64,000 nucleotides of DNA from Macrostomum lignano (taxonomy: Eukaryota). A program made the position numbers and the translations under genes. The notes below the pieces were generated by a model. The model was not told the DNA's origin. It made no database searches and saw only the letters and a list, made by a program, of their open reading frames with translations. The stretch covers positions 253,963 to 317,962 of the forward strand of contig NIVC01001298.1 of the NCBI GenBank assembly GCA_002269645.1, given 5' to 3'. Shown here one piece after another: positions 38,349 through 51,672 of this stretch (positions are counted from its first letter, which is position 1; each line of letters begins with the position of its first letter).

Positions 38349-39030
38349 GTCACGTTATTGGCGTAGCGGCCAGCTATGCGGTGACCCTTAAAAGGGCCGT
38401 TTTAGTCCCAAAATAAGTTGAAGTCAATTCTTGTAAAGCGGATTTTGTAGCGGAGCACTTGGCGATAAAGGCAGGAACTGCCGTAGTTGTCTTTATTGTT
38501 AATATCAGTATTAAGTTTGATTGTTACTGGCAATAAACAGACTATAGCTTTCTGGGCACTGGCGGCTGCAGCAATGGGTTGAATATAATTTGGATATGAA
38601 GTCAAGTGGCAGGCGAATGACACAATGGCGACGTGACGTGAGCAGTGGCTATGAGCACAGTGAAGGCGTAGTGAAACGTAGTGGTGAGTTGGCGTCGGTC
38701 GTGGCGTGAAACAGTCAAGTAAGTGTGTGAGCAGGCTGGCCCAGACAGAAGGGCCGTGGTGAGAAATAAGGAGGCTCGAGGCAGCCAGACAAACAGATAA
38801 GACAGCTAAGAGGCCGCAGGGAAGGAAACAAGGGACAGGCGGGGAGAGACGAAAAAGCGTGAGGGGTGCCCGCCGCCAGGCGGGGGGTTTAATAAAAGAG
38901 CGCAGAGGGGGTAGCGCGAGCACGAGTGACTTCATTGGCTGGCGAGAGAACTTAAAATTATCGATCGTGCCAATTTTATACGGTTGCGAGAGAGGATAGC
39001 AAAGTATACAATGAATTATAAATTGCCACA
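38349..39030 (-). mobile_element. Possible solo LTR
   Basis: Bounded on the minus strand by TGTGGCAA...CGTGACA with LTR-like composition, but no matching TSD was found. Confidence 0.3.
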
Positions 39031-40069
39031 AAATCGTTGGGCACTACTACAAGTAAACGTCGCAATAAACGAATGGAAAAGTTTAGTTGAAACGGTGAAA
39101 CTGAAGGGTTGAATGACTATGGAGAACAGCAGTCCAACGGCCCTTTTCGGGACCACCTTAAACTGACAACGTCACAGCATGTAAAACCGATCTCTCGATA
39201 ATACTAAACCAATTCAAAACCCTAAACTCAAACATATTGATTTTCTGTTGTCGGTTTGTAGATCACGACGTAATATAAAATATGTCTCACAGTTTGAAAG
39301 AAACAAAAAATATATATTGAACATTTATTAAAGATCATAGTTCACTTTCTTTTGACGATCTATTAATCACTGAGTCCGAGTCTTTTACGCATCCAGTAAT
39401 TGGGCCAACTTTGATTTAAAATCCTTTACCTATCGCTTTTGATGCCAAATAGTCAAAGAAAGTGATCCTCAGACATATTTTATATTTTATAACCACTGGT
39501 AGTCTATGATTTATGACCATCGAAGCTGTGTAACTTTTTTTGGCTCAAAAAATGTAGGATTTTGACATTCCTAGTTTGCCCCTTACCAGTAAAGTTGTTA
39601 CCTTCCATTATGATTTATTGGCACTGAGCTGTTCTATAGACACCTGGACGTCACAGGGCGTCTGGAAAGAGTCACTTGGCTTGTTTTCCAAAACAAAATG
39701 GATCTATCTGAAAGCTGTACCAGCCCCCCATCATCAGCGAGATAATCCAGCTGGGGCATACTGCATTTTGAGTATCCAAAATCATGGAGTGTTTCGTTGT
39801 ATAACTCTTAGTAGTCTAGTAGACTGGTCCTTTGGAAATGTCGCAGAAATCATGCACCCTCTACGTACTCGACGTACTCGATGTTGAAGGACGTCGTTAT
39901 AGCATAGCAACTATACGCTGCTGACGGATAAACAACGTTGTGCCTATATCAATCAGTCAGTTTCTGAAAACATACAAACCCATCCAACAGGCATGCACTT
40001 TTAGTGCTGTCTCATTACGGCGGCAAAGCGGCAGGAATAAGTCATTAGACTTACTGTGTTGTCTTGCAT

Positions 40070-42800
40070 ATGAACCGATTCTGATATTGTTGGTCTCCAT
40101 GACAACCATATATGAACCGGTTCTGACAGTGTTGGTCTCCATGACAACCATATGAACCGGTTCTGACATTGTTGGTCTCCATGACAACCATATGAACCGG
40201 TTCTGATAGTGTTGGTCTCTATGACAACCATATGAACCGGTTCTGACATTGTTGGTCTCCATGACAACCATATGAACCTGTTCTGATAGTGTTGGTCTCC
40301 ATGACAACCATATGAACCGGTTCTGACATTGTTGGTCTCCATGACAACCATATGAACCGGTTCTGATAGTGTTGGTCTCCATGACAACCATATGAACCGG
40401 TTCTGATAGTGTTGGTCTCCATGACAACCATATGAACCTGTTCTGATAGTGTTGGTCTCCATGACAACCATATATGAACCGGTTCTGACATTGTTGGTCT
40501 CCATGACAACCATATGTATGTAGTGAGTCGCTAGTCAGCAGCTTCCCTCGCCCTCGCCATGAGCTTCTATCTGCCGCTGAGCAGTTGCTGGGGTGGTCCG
40601 CCTTTCTGTCCTTTTGCCCCCATTCTGTCCTCGTTTGCCCCCATTCTGTCCTCGTTTGCCCCCATTCTGTCCTCGTTTGCCCCCATTCTGTCCTCGTTTG
40701 CCCCCATTCTGTCCTCGTTTGCCCCCATTCTGTCCTCGTTTGCCCCCTTGTCTCGTGCTCTCGTTTGCAGTGTCCAGACTCCAGACTGCTTGGTCTGTCT
40801 TGCCTCCGTTTTAGTTTTCGGTTTGGCCCTTCCTTTTTGGCTCCGTTTTCAGGTCTCAAGGTCACTGGTGGCTTCACCACATGTACAGTGTAGTGGGCCT
40901 TCTCCGGCCCCTCCTCAGCCTGGGCCGCCTCAGTCCAAATATTTCATCATTGTACGCTGCGTACGTGTTTGTGGGGGAAATCACGTGCACCGAGAGCCTT
41001 GTCTCCTCTGAGACAAACCCGTGCGCCCGTTGCTAAAAATAGCAACAAATCCATCGATTGCGCGCAACGGGGGGTCTTGTTATTTATGGTGCGAGATTTC
41101 CACCCTATATATGCAGCCCCCCCCTCCCGCCAAATCTCCCGGGTCCTCAGCCCTCTGAAGTTTTCTAAGTCCAAGTGTGTTAGTGTCACTGCTGATCCTA
41201 TTGTGACTGCTATCTGCCAACAACACTGCTAAGCCCATCAGGAACTAGCACCATCCTTCCTACCCGGAACTAGCCCGGCAGGAACTGCTGACGTCGGACG
41301 CTTACGATCGAGAACTGTCAAAATCTGCACGAAGTGCCAGTCTCTCTCTCCTTTATTTGCTTCTACGAGATCACAGATCAGCGCCTCACCGAAAGCTGCG
41401 ACTCCAAGAATCTGGTGGCAGCACTACCTACACTACGAAGACCGGTTTCTAAGAGAGAGGGCCTGAGGACCCTAAGCTAGAAGCCTGTACAACATTGGTG
41501 GCAGCGGCCGGAGCCCGAGACTGCCCGATCAACAACCCGAGAACCACAGGTACTTCATATGTGAACCGGTTCTGACAGTGTTGGTCTCCATGACAACCAT
41601 ATGAACCAGTTCTGACAGTGTTGGTCTTCATACGACAACCATATGAACCAGTTCTGACAGTGTTGGTCTTCATATGACAACCGTATGAACCAGTTCTGAC
41701 AGTGTTGGTCTTCATATGACAACCGTATGAACCAGTTCTGACAGTGTTGGTCTTCATATGACAACCGTATGAACCAGTTCTGACAGTGTTGGTCTTCATA
41801 TGAGAACCGTATGAACCAGTTCTGACAGTGTTGGTCTTCATATGACAACCGTATGAACCAGTTCTGACAGTGTTGGTCTTCATACGACAACCATATGAAC
41901 CAGTTCTGACAGTGTTGGTCTTCATTTGACAACCGTATGAACCAGTTCTGACAATGTTGGTCTTCATATGACAACCATATGAACCAGTTCTGACAATGTT
42001 GGTCTTCATGACAACCATATGAACCAGTTCTGACAATGTTGGTCTTTATATGACAACCATATGAACCAGTTCTGACAGTGTTGGTCTCCATGACAACCAT
42101 ATGAACCAGTTCTGATAGTGTTGGTCTCCATGACAACCATATGAACCAGTTCTGATAGTGTTGGTCTCCATGACAACCATATGAACCAGTTCTGATAGTG
42201 TTGGTCTCCATGACAACCATATGAACCAGTTTTGATAGTGTTGGTCTCCATGACAACCATATGAACCAGTTTTGATAGTGTTGGTCTCCATGACAACCAT
42301 ATGAACCAGTTCTGATAGTGTTGGTCTCCATGACAACCATATGAACCAGTTCTGATAGTGTTGGTCTCTATGACAACCATATGAACCGGTTCTGACAGTG
42401 CTGGTCTCCATGACAACCATATGAACCGGTTCTGACAGTGCTGGTCTCCATGACAACCATATGAACCGATTCTGATAGTGTTGGTCTCTATGACAACCAT
42501 ATGAACCGGTTCTGACAGTGCTGGTCTCCATGACAACCATTTGAACCGGTTCTGACAGTGCTGGTCTCCATGACAACCATATGAACCGATTCTGGTAGTG
42601 CTGGTGTTCATGACAACCATATGAACCTGTTCTGGTAGTGCTGGTGTTCATGACAACCATATGAACCTGTTCTGGTAGTGCTGGTCTCCATGGCAACCAT
42701 CTGAACCAGTTCTGACAGTGTTGGTCTCCATGACAACCATATGAACCGATTCTGGTAGTGCTGGTGTTCATGACAACCATATGAACCTGTTCTGACAGTT
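40070..42800. repeat. 40 bp minisatellite (TTGGTCTCCATGACAACCATATGAACCGGTTCTGATAGTG), split by an insertion
   Basis: Arrays at 40070-40516 and 41558-42800; 39-42 bp variants occur in blocks. Confidence 0.95.
40517..41557 (+). mobile_element. ~1.04 kb LTR-like insertion in the 40 bp satellite
   Basis: Unique sequence interrupting a satellite unit. Ends (TA)TGTAGT...ACTTCA; TATG occurs on both flanks (TSD boundary ambiguous). TATA-like CTATATAT at ~41105; internal 21 bp repeat at 40614-40745. Confidence 0.6.
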
Positions 42801-43192
42801 TTAAATCATTAATCTTAATTTCGGTTGCTTGCAAAATTGTTTTACACAATTCAACGGCATACCAAGACAGAAAGACCAGGCAGCATTACTCACTATTCTA
42901 AGATTTGCCAAACGAAATGCACGGCAACTTACAAGAGAGATAGGAGAGAAAGAGCGAAGAGTGACAGACCTAAGAGACGAGAGCTCAGTTTAATAGCATG
43001 TAGAGAGATTTTGTATGCACGAATGAAGCCTAGAATAGCACGTGACATACTAAATTTAAGAAGGTGCACAACTGAAAATCTGTCTGTGTTTACATTGTCG
43101 CTCCATTACAGAGTCTTCAAGGTCGCTCATATTGCACATACCAGTTGTTACTCTGTTGGCAAAATAACTTCAAGCTTCACGAACTGTAAGAG

Positions 43193-43654
43193 ATGCAACA
43201 GCAAGGAAACGCCATCAGCGAGAGCCAGCTGGAGGCCCTGGTGGCAGCCTGCGTCAAAGCTGCCGAGTTCTCGTATTCGCCCTACAGCGGCTATCGAGTC
43301 GGAGCGGCGCTGCTCACGGACTCGCCGGAGCCGGTCATCATCCCGGGCTGCAATGTGGAGAATTGCACCTATCCCGACGGCTGCTGCGCCGAGAAGACCG
43401 CCATTGTCAAGGCGGTGTCGGAAGGCCACCGGAGATTCCTGGCCCTGGCGGTGACCATCGCCATTCAGGGAGACGATCATCCGAGAATGTGCGGCTCCTG
43501 CCGGCAGGTGGTGGCGGAGTTCTGCGGCGACCAGTTCCCCATCTACTTGGTCCGCTACAGGGACCGGGACTGCCAAATGGTGCGCCTGGGTGACTACCTG
43601 CCTGCGGCGTTCCGGCCCAGCATCCTGGCTCAGGACCGAAGTGCAGCTGACTGA
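43193..43654 (+). CDS. CDA: Cytidine deaminase (homotetrameric type), intronless, 153 aa
   Basis: YSPYSGYRVGAALL, GCNVENCTY, CAEKTA and CGSCRQ zinc motifs; LGDYLPAAF C-terminus. Confidence 0.92.
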   Translation: MQQQGNAISESQLEALVAACVKAAEFSYSPYSGYRVGAALLTDSPEPVIIPGCNVENCTYPDGCCAEKTAIVKAVSEGHRRFLALAVTIAIQGDDHPRMCGSCRQVVAEFCGDQFPIYLVRYRDRDCQMVRLGDYLPAAFRPSILAQDRSAAD

Positions 43655-43711
43655 CTGACTGACTGACTGACTGACTGACTGACTGTCTGCCTGCCTGCCT
43701 GCCTGCCTGCC

Positions 43712-43796
<85 letters not shown>

Positions 43797-43799
43797 GCC

Positions 43800-43846
<47 letters not shown>

Positions 43847-43895
43847 CTGCCTGTCTGTCTGTCTGTCTGACTGTCTGTCTGTCTGTCTGTCTGCC

Positions 43896-43986
<91 letters not shown>
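43648..43986. repeat. Compound tetranucleotide microsatellite (GACT)n(GCCT)n(GTCT)n
   Basis: Directly visible; it begins within the last codons of the CDA ORF. Confidence 0.97.
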
Positions 43987-44384
43987 GACTAAGTATCTAC
44001 ATCCTGCGAACAATATCACATATATTACATGAGATTATTAATCAAGTAAATCTAGGTACTTTCTATAACCAGACTGCAGAGCGTTATCAGATAAAAGTAT
44101 ACACAGCAGTGCGTTGCGCCGTCTCGTAGAGGTGCGGCTCCTACCGGTTAGAGTTCACGTGCTTGCGTGTCAAAACAAATTTTCTATATCTGCGAAGTTC
44201 CGCATGTTCTGTTCTGTTAATTACATGGATTAGCAGTAGATAATATAATTCAGCAAGACAGACTTGCATGGTTTTTTATTCTTACCATGTTTCACTTGTA
44301 TTAATTACTAAATTGTACTGCCTGGTGTTAAACGGGTTAATTTTGGCGTGAACTGATAGCATGTCAGTGACAGCTAGCATCCTG

Positions 44385-44640
44385 TCTAACAGTTGTGAGT
44401 GACACTATCCTCTGTCTAACAGGCGTGACACTATCCCCTGTCTAACAGGTGTGACAACAACCTCTGCCTAACAGTTGTGACACTATCCCCTGTCTAACAG
44501 GTGTGACACTATCCCCTGTCTAACAGGTGTGACACTATACCGGCCCTGTCTAACAGGTGTGACACCAACCTCTGCCTAACAGGTGTGACACTATCCCGTC
44601 TAACAGGTGTGACACTATCCCCTGTCTAACAGGTGAAGCA
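44385..44640. repeat. ~26 bp minisatellite (GTGACACTATCCCCTGTCTAACAGGT)
   Basis: Visible tandem units. Confidence 0.9.
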
Positions 44641-44775
44641 CAGGTGTTAATCATTTCTGGCAGTTCCAGTTACGAATAGCAAAATGGACAGCCAGCACCA
44701 AATGGTATTAGAGTGGCCCAAGCTCATCTTGAATACATGCACACATCAAGTTCAAGCGTCAAGGACAGCCAATGT

Positions 44776-47259
44776 TTAGCTCCGGTCCACCAGCAGGCAC
44801 TCAGGTCGAAATGCCTCAGGCAGGCACTCGCCCAGCAGCCGTTTCACGAACTGCCCATCGTCCGATCGCACTAAGTAGATTGGGAAGTCTTCCCCGCAGA
44901 ACTCGCACATGAGCTGCCGGCAGGAGCCGCAGAGGCGCGGGAATTCCCCTGGCCTGCAGGGAGTTGACACGGCCAGAGCTGTGAAGCTTCGGTGACCTCT
45001 CGCCACAGCTGAGCACACAGCCGTCTTCTCGGCGCAGTTCGTGTTGGGATAGGCGCAGTTCTCTACGTTGCAGCCGGGGACAATGTCTGTGCCGTTGGAT
45101 AGGAGCAGGGCGGCGCCCACCTGGAGACAGAATTTTGATGCCGAAAATGATGCAGTATTAGCTAATACGTCTGTATTTTGCTGCGGCATGTACTTCGATG
45201 CATTAAGTTCTGTAATTAGTGTTTTATTCTCCTTAATTAGTGTATTAGTCTCCTTAATTAGTGCATTAGTCTCCTTAATTAGTGTATTAGTCTCTTTAAT
45301 CAGTGTATTAGTCTCCTTAGTTAGTGTATTAGTCTCCTTAATTAGTGTATTAGTCTCCTTAGTTAGTGTATTAGTCTCCTTAATTAGTGTATTAGTCTCC
45401 TTAGTTAGTGTATTAGTCTCCTTAATCAGTGTATTTAGACTCCTTAATTAGTGTATTAGTCTCCTTAATTAGTGTATTAGTCTCCTTAGTTAGTGTATTA
45501 GTCTCCTTAATTAGTGTATTAGTCTCCTTAGTTAGTGTATTAGTCTCCTTAATTAGTGTATTTAGACTCCTTAATTAGTGTATTAGTCTCCTTAATTAGT
45601 GCATTAGTCTCCTTAATTAGTGTATTAGTCTCTTTAATCAGTGTATTAGTCTCCTTAGTTAGTGTATTAGTCTCCTTAATTAGTGTATTAGTCTCCTTAG
45701 TTAGTGTATTAGTCTCCTTAATTAGTGTATTAGTCTCCTTAGTTAGTGTATTAGTCTCCTTAATCAGTGTATTTAGACTCCTTAATTAGTGTATTAGTCT
45801 CCTTAATTAGTGTATTAGTCTCCTTAGTTAGTGTATTAGTCTCCTTAATTAGTGTATTAGTCTCCTTAGTTAGTGTATTAGTCTCCTTAATTAGTGTATT
45901 TAGACTCCTTAATTAGTGTATTAGTCTCCTTAATTAGTGTATTAGTCTCCTTAGTTAGTGTATTAGTCTCCTTAATTAGTGTATTAGTCTCCTTAATTAG
46001 TGTATTAGTCTCCTTAGTTAGTGTATTAGTCTCCTTAATCAGTGTATTTAGACTCCTTAATTAGTGTATTAGTCTCCTTAATTAGTGTATTAGTCTCCTT
46101 AGTTAGTGTATTAGTCTCCTTAATTAGTGTATTAGTCTCCTTAGTTAGTGTATTAGTCTCCTTAATCAGTGTATTTAGACTCCTTAATTAGTGTATTAGT
46201 CTCCTTAATTAGTGTATTAGTCTCCTTAGTTAGTGTATTAGTCTCCTTAATTAGTGTATTAGTCTCCTTAGTTAGTGTATTAGTCTCCTTAATTAGTGTA
46301 TTTAGACTCCTTAATTAGTGTATTAGTCTCCTTAATTAGTGTATTAGTCTCCTTAATTAGTGTATTAGTCTCCTTAATTAGTGTATTTAGACTCCTTAAT
46401 TAGTGTATTAGTCTCCTTAATTAGTGTATTAGTCTCCTTAGTTAGTGTATTAGTCTCCTTAATCAGTGCATTTAGATTCTTTAATTAGTGTATTAGTCTC
46501 CTTAATTAGTGCATTAGTCTCCTTAATTAGTGTATTAGTCTCCTTAGTTAGTGTATTAGTCTCCTTAATCAGTGTATTTAGATTCCTTAATTAGTGTATT
46601 AGTCTCCTTAATTAGTGCATTAGTCTCCTTAATTAGTGCATTAGTCTCCTTAATTAGTGTATTTAGACTTCTTAATTAGTGCATTAGTCTCCTTAATTAG
46701 TGCATTAGTCTCCTTAATTAGTGTATTTAGACTCCTTAATTAGTGTATTTAGACTCCTTAATTAGTGCATTAGTCTCTTTAATTAGGATTTTTATTAATC
46801 TCCGTAAGTAGTGTCTAGTCTCCTTTATTAGTGTATTAGGCTTCTTAATTAGTGTATTTAGTCTCTTTAATTAGGGCGTTGCTTTCCTTAATAAGGAATT
46901 TAGTCACATTAATTAGTGCATTAGATTCCTTAACTAATCCTTTAGTCTCCTAACTCAGTATATTTAGGTTAATAAGCCACCGCATTATAGTCAGCAGGAT
47001 TATATAATGTCCAAAAATATAAAAAGTTTTTGTTTTCAAATAGCGAATGCTCTAGACCACTAGCTAAGTTTAATTGACGTTAGTAAGCTACTTGAGTCAG
47101 TAGTATAGTCAATGCAAATTAAAACAGTTCATTATAAGCAATTAAACACAATAAATTGTTCACCTTGTACTTGCTGTAGGGTGCGTGGGCGTTTGAGGCC
47201 GCTGCAATGGCAGCCTCCATCAGCTTCTTTGCCTGCTCCTCGCTGAGCTGCTGTGTCAT
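44776..47259 (-). CDS. CDA: Second cytidine deaminase paralog, 146 aa, 2 exons
   Basis: Exon 1 is 47259-47164 (MTQQLSEEQAKKLMEAAIAAASNAHAPYSKYK). Exon 2 is 45120-44776 (VGAALL...GCNVENCAYPNTNCAEKTA...RLCGSCRQ...LLGECLPEAF). Phase-0 GT-AG intron. Confidence 0.92.
45205..46900. repeat. 21/22 bp minisatellite (ATTAGTGTATTAGTCTCCTTA) filling the CDA intron
   Basis: About 80 units with recurring variant patterns. Confidence 0.97.
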
Positions 47260-47339
47260 GTCGGCTTCAGATTGCAAATTTCCGGAGCAGATTATATCAG
47301 CTTTTAGACTATGGCTGCCGGTGATTGTAGATTCGAACA

Positions 47340-48760
47340 GGTTCTGTGTAACAAGTTCTTGTATCTAACAGGTTGGTTAACAGGCTGTTGTGTCTAGCAG
47401 GTTATTGTTTATCGGGTTGTTGTGTCTAACAGATTGTTTTTGTGTCTAACAGGTTGTTGTGTCTAACAGGTTGTTTGGTGTATAACAGGTTGTTTGGTGT
47501 CTAACAGGTTGTTTGGTGTCTAACAGGTTGTTTGGTGTCTACAAAGCTGTTGTGTCTAACAGGTTGTTTGGTGTCTAACAGGTTGTTTGGTGTCTAACAG
47601 GTTGTTTGGTGTCTAACAAGCTGTTGTGTCTAACAGGTTATTGTCTATCGGGTTGTTGTGTCTAACAGGTTGTTTGGTGTCTAACAGGCTGTTGTGTCTA
47701 ACAGGCTGTTGTGTCTAACAGGTTATTGTCTATCGGGTTGTTGTGTCTAACAGGTTGTTTGGTGTCTAACAGGCTGTTGTGTCTAACAGGCTGTTGTGTC
47801 TAACAGGTTATTGTCTATCGGGTTGTTGTGTCTAACAGGTTGTTTGGTGTCTAACAGGCTGTTGTGTCTAACAGGCTGTTGTGTCTAACAGGCTGTTGTG
47901 TCTAACAGGCTGTTGTGTCTAACAGGTTGTTTGGTGTCTAACAGGCTGTTGTGTCTAACAGGCTGTTGTGTCTAACAGGTTATTGTCTATCAGGTTGTTG
48001 TGTCTAACAGGTTGTTTGGTGTCTAACAGGCTGTTGTGTCTAACAGGCTGTTGTGTCTAACAGGCTGTTGTGTCTAACAGGCTGTTGTGTCTAACAGGCT
48101 GTTGTGTCTAACAGGTTGTTTGGTGTCTAACAGGTTGTTGTGTCTAGCAGGCTGTTGTGTCTAACAGGCTGTTGTGTCTAACAGGTTGTTTGGTGTCTAA
48201 CATGCTGTTGTGTCTAACAGGTTGTTTGGTGTCTAACAGGCTGTTGTGTCTAACAGGCTGTTGTGTCTAACAGGTTATTGTCTATCGGGTTGTTGTGTCT
48301 AACAGGTTGTTTGGTGTCTAACAGGCTGTTGTGTCTAACAGGTTGTTTGGTGTCTAACAGGTTGTTGTGTCTAGCAGGCTGTTGTGTCTAACAGGCTGTT
48401 GTGTCTAACATGCTGTTGTGTCTAACAGGTTGTTTGGTGTCTAACAGGCTGTTGTGTCTAACAGGCTGTTGTGTCTAACAGGCTGTTGTGTCTAACAGGC
48501 TGTTGTGTCTAACAGGTTATTGTCTATCGGGTTGTTGTGTCCAACAGGTTGTTTGGTGTCTAACAGGCTGTTGTGTCTAACAGGCTGTTGTGTCTAACAG
48601 GCTGTTGTGTCTAACAGGTTGTTTGGTGTCTAACAGGTTGTTTGGTGTCTAACAGGCTGTTGTGTCTAACAGGTTGTTGTGTCTAACAGGCTGTTGTGTC
48701 TAACAGGTTGTTTGGTGTCTAACAGGCTGTTGTGTCTAACAGGTTGTTTGGTGTCTAACA
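47340..48760. repeat. 18-19 bp minisatellite (TGTCTAACAGGCTGTTGT and TGTCTAACAGGTTGTTTGG variants)
   Basis: Visible tandem array with higher-order variant blocks. Confidence 0.97.
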
Positions 48761-49374
48761 TGGCCCGTCTAAATAAAAAATTCGATGTTTCAAAATGCTT
48801 GACAGCTTTGGCACACTCACCTGCTCTGTGTGAATACAGTAATGCAATTATATACTCGAAACGTAAAACTCGGAGCCTTTGTTAAAAACCACAAATGGAA
48901 AAAATGATAAGCTATTTAAGCAAAAATTGATTCCCCAAATAAATAATTTGGCATTCATGTAAGAAGGTGCACCGGACACCCAACCGGCCGGTGTTAGATA
49001 AGGTCAGTTAAGGCCAAGGGTAGCCTGGTACCGTCTTATCAGTACCACCTGTTACTAAACTAACCTGGACGTGACACATTTCTGTTTGTCTCGACTGGGT
49101 TTTATCAGAACTCAGCAGTGAACGAAAATTGCTATAAATTTATTTTGCTGCATGCATTGGCCACACTATAATTATGGGTTTTACCAGTAATTTTAATAGC
49201 CGTGGGAAAAAATCACCCTGGCTCTCTCTGTCAGACTTCAATTGACAGTGTTTAGTTTACTTCGGATTTTATAGTGGTGATTTTTTAATTACCTAATGTC
49301 TAGAAATATTAATTCTCAATGCTCACGAAGTGTATATCCTCTCTAACTCCATCTTGAATAACTCTAAATCTTTA

Positions 49375-49985
49375 GGAACTCTACATCTTCACCAACTCAT
49401 CATATTCACCAACTGTACATCTTCACAAGCTCTAAATCTTCACAAACTCTACATCTTCACCAACTCTACATCTTCACCAACTCTACATCTTCACCAACTC
49501 TAAATCTTCACCAACTCTAAATCTTCACCAACTCTAAATCTTCACCAACTCTACATCTTCACCAACTCTACATCTTCACCAACTCTACATCTTCACCAAC
49601 TCTACATCTTCACCAACTCTACATCTTCACCAACTCTACATCTTCACCAACTCTACATCTTCACCAACTCTACATCTTCACCAACTCTAAATCTTCACCA
49701 ACTCTAAATCTTCACCAACTCTAAATCTTCACCAACTCTACATCTTCACCAACTCTAAATCTTCACCAACTCTAAATCTTCACCAACTCTACATCTTCAC
49801 CAACTCTAAATCTTCACCAACTCTACATCTTTACCAACTCTACATCTTCACCAACTCTAAATATTCACCAACTCTAAATCTTCACCAACTCTACATCTTT
49901 ACCAACTCTACATCTTCACCAACTCTAAATATTCACCAACTCTATATCTTCACAAACTCAATCTTCACAAACTCCTATGTCTTCA
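49375..49985. repeat. 17 bp minisatellite (CATCTTCACCAACTCTA)
   Basis: Visible tandem array. Confidence 0.95.
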
Positions 49986-50664
49986 CTTACTCTACATCAT
50001 CTCCAACTTGAGAACACTGCAACTATGCAAAATACAATTCATATAAACAAAATACATTAATTTTTCATTAATTTATAATTTTTAGTTTGAACCAGTCAGC
50101 CAACAGAAAAGACTGGTGCTTTAAACCAGCTCAACAACTAATCTATTTATTTGTAAAGAAAAACAAAAAAATTGCACAATAAAAGTTCAATATTAATTCA
50201 AATTGCAAACAAGTGCGCGCGAGTGCCTGCAGCTACAGTATTTAAGCCAAAAATATAACTATTTCTTTTAAAGCCGAACCTTACGGAACACGAAATGATG
50301 AAAGAAATGAACTGTAATCAGATTCCCGCATGTACACTTGAAATTTTTATGACATGAATTTATTGTACAAAAAATCTACATAGTAGTATTATAACTTTAA
50401 ATAGTGCGAACAACAACAGTCAGACACCGCACCAAAAGACACACAGCAGTAACAATAGAGGTTAATCGAAGAAAACAATGAAATAGAATTATAATAATAT
50501 TGACTTGTCTAGCAAATCTAATAAAAATACTTATTTATATTGCATATTCTAGCTAGTACGGTTGTAAAAAAATTGTGATGGACACTTTCGGAAATCGTTC
50601 CAGAATTTGCTCATTTCAGACAGCTCAGTTGAGAGGAATATTCATTGGATGCTAAAGGGACTCC

Positions 50665-51672
50665 TGTGTGTGTGTGGCTCCTAACTGAATACTCAGGGAG
50701 GGGACAGTGAGTGTGGCTCCCACTGAATACTCAGGGAGGGGACAGTGTGTGTGTGGCTCCCACTGAATACTTAGGGAGGGGACAGTGTGTGTGGCTCCCA
50801 CTGAATACTCAGGGAGGGGACAGTGTGTGTGTGTGGCTCCCACTGAATACTCAGGGAGGGGACAGTGTGTGTGTGTGGCTCCCACTGAATACTCAGGGAG
50901 GGGACAGTGTGTGTGTGGCTCCCACTGAATACTCAGGGAGGGGACAGTGAGTGTGGCTCCCACTGAATACTCAGGGAGGGGACAGTGTGTGTGGCTCCCA
51001 CTGAATACTCAGGGAGGGGACAGTGTGTGTGGCTCCCACTGAATACTCAGGGAGGGGACAGTGTGTGTGTGGCTCCCACTGAATACTTAGGGAGGGGACA
51101 GTGTGTGTGGCTCCCACTGAATACTCAGGGAGGGGACAGTGTGTGTGTGTGGCTCCCACTGAATACTCAGGGAGGGGACAGTGTGTGTGGCTCCCACTGA
51201 ATACTCAGGGAGGGGACAGTGTGTGTGTGGCTCCCACTGAATACTCAGGGAGGGGACAGTGTGTGTGTGGCTCCCACTAAATACTCAGGGAGGGGACAGT
51301 GTGTGTGTGTGGCTCCCACTGAATACTCAGGGAGGGGACAGTGTGTGCGTGTGGCTCCCACTGAATACTCAGGGAGGGGACAGTGTGTGTGTGTGTGTGG
51401 CTCCCACTGAATACTCAGGGAGGGGACAGTGTGTGTGTGGCTCCCACTGAATACTCAGGGAGGGGACAGTGTGTGTGTGTGGCTCCCACTGAATACTCAG
51501 GGAGGGGACAGTGTGTGTGTGTGTGGCTCCCACTGAATACTCAGGGAGGGGACAGTGTGTGTGTGGCTCCCACTGAATACTCAGGGAGGGGACAGTGTGT
51601 GTGTGGCTCCCACTGATTACTCAGGGAGGGGACAGTGTGTGTGTGGCTCCCCCTGAATACTCAGGGAGGGGC
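50665..51672. repeat. Composite minisatellite: constant GGCTCCCACTGAATACTCAGGGAGGGGACA plus variable (GT)n
   Basis: A ~30 bp constant block alternates with GT runs of variable length. Confidence 0.95.

Noticed and set aside
39957-42849. Long Cys/His/Trp-rich ORFs
   Set aside because: Translations of the 40 bp and 21 bp satellites.
43630-44019. TDRQ-repeat ORF, and the YLSI-repeat ORF at 59087-59602
   Set aside because: Tetranucleotide microsatellite translations.
50665-51672. CRISPR-like pattern of a constant ~30 bp repeat with variable spacers
   Set aside because: The spacers are only (GT)n runs, the context is eukaryotic, and there are no cas genes.
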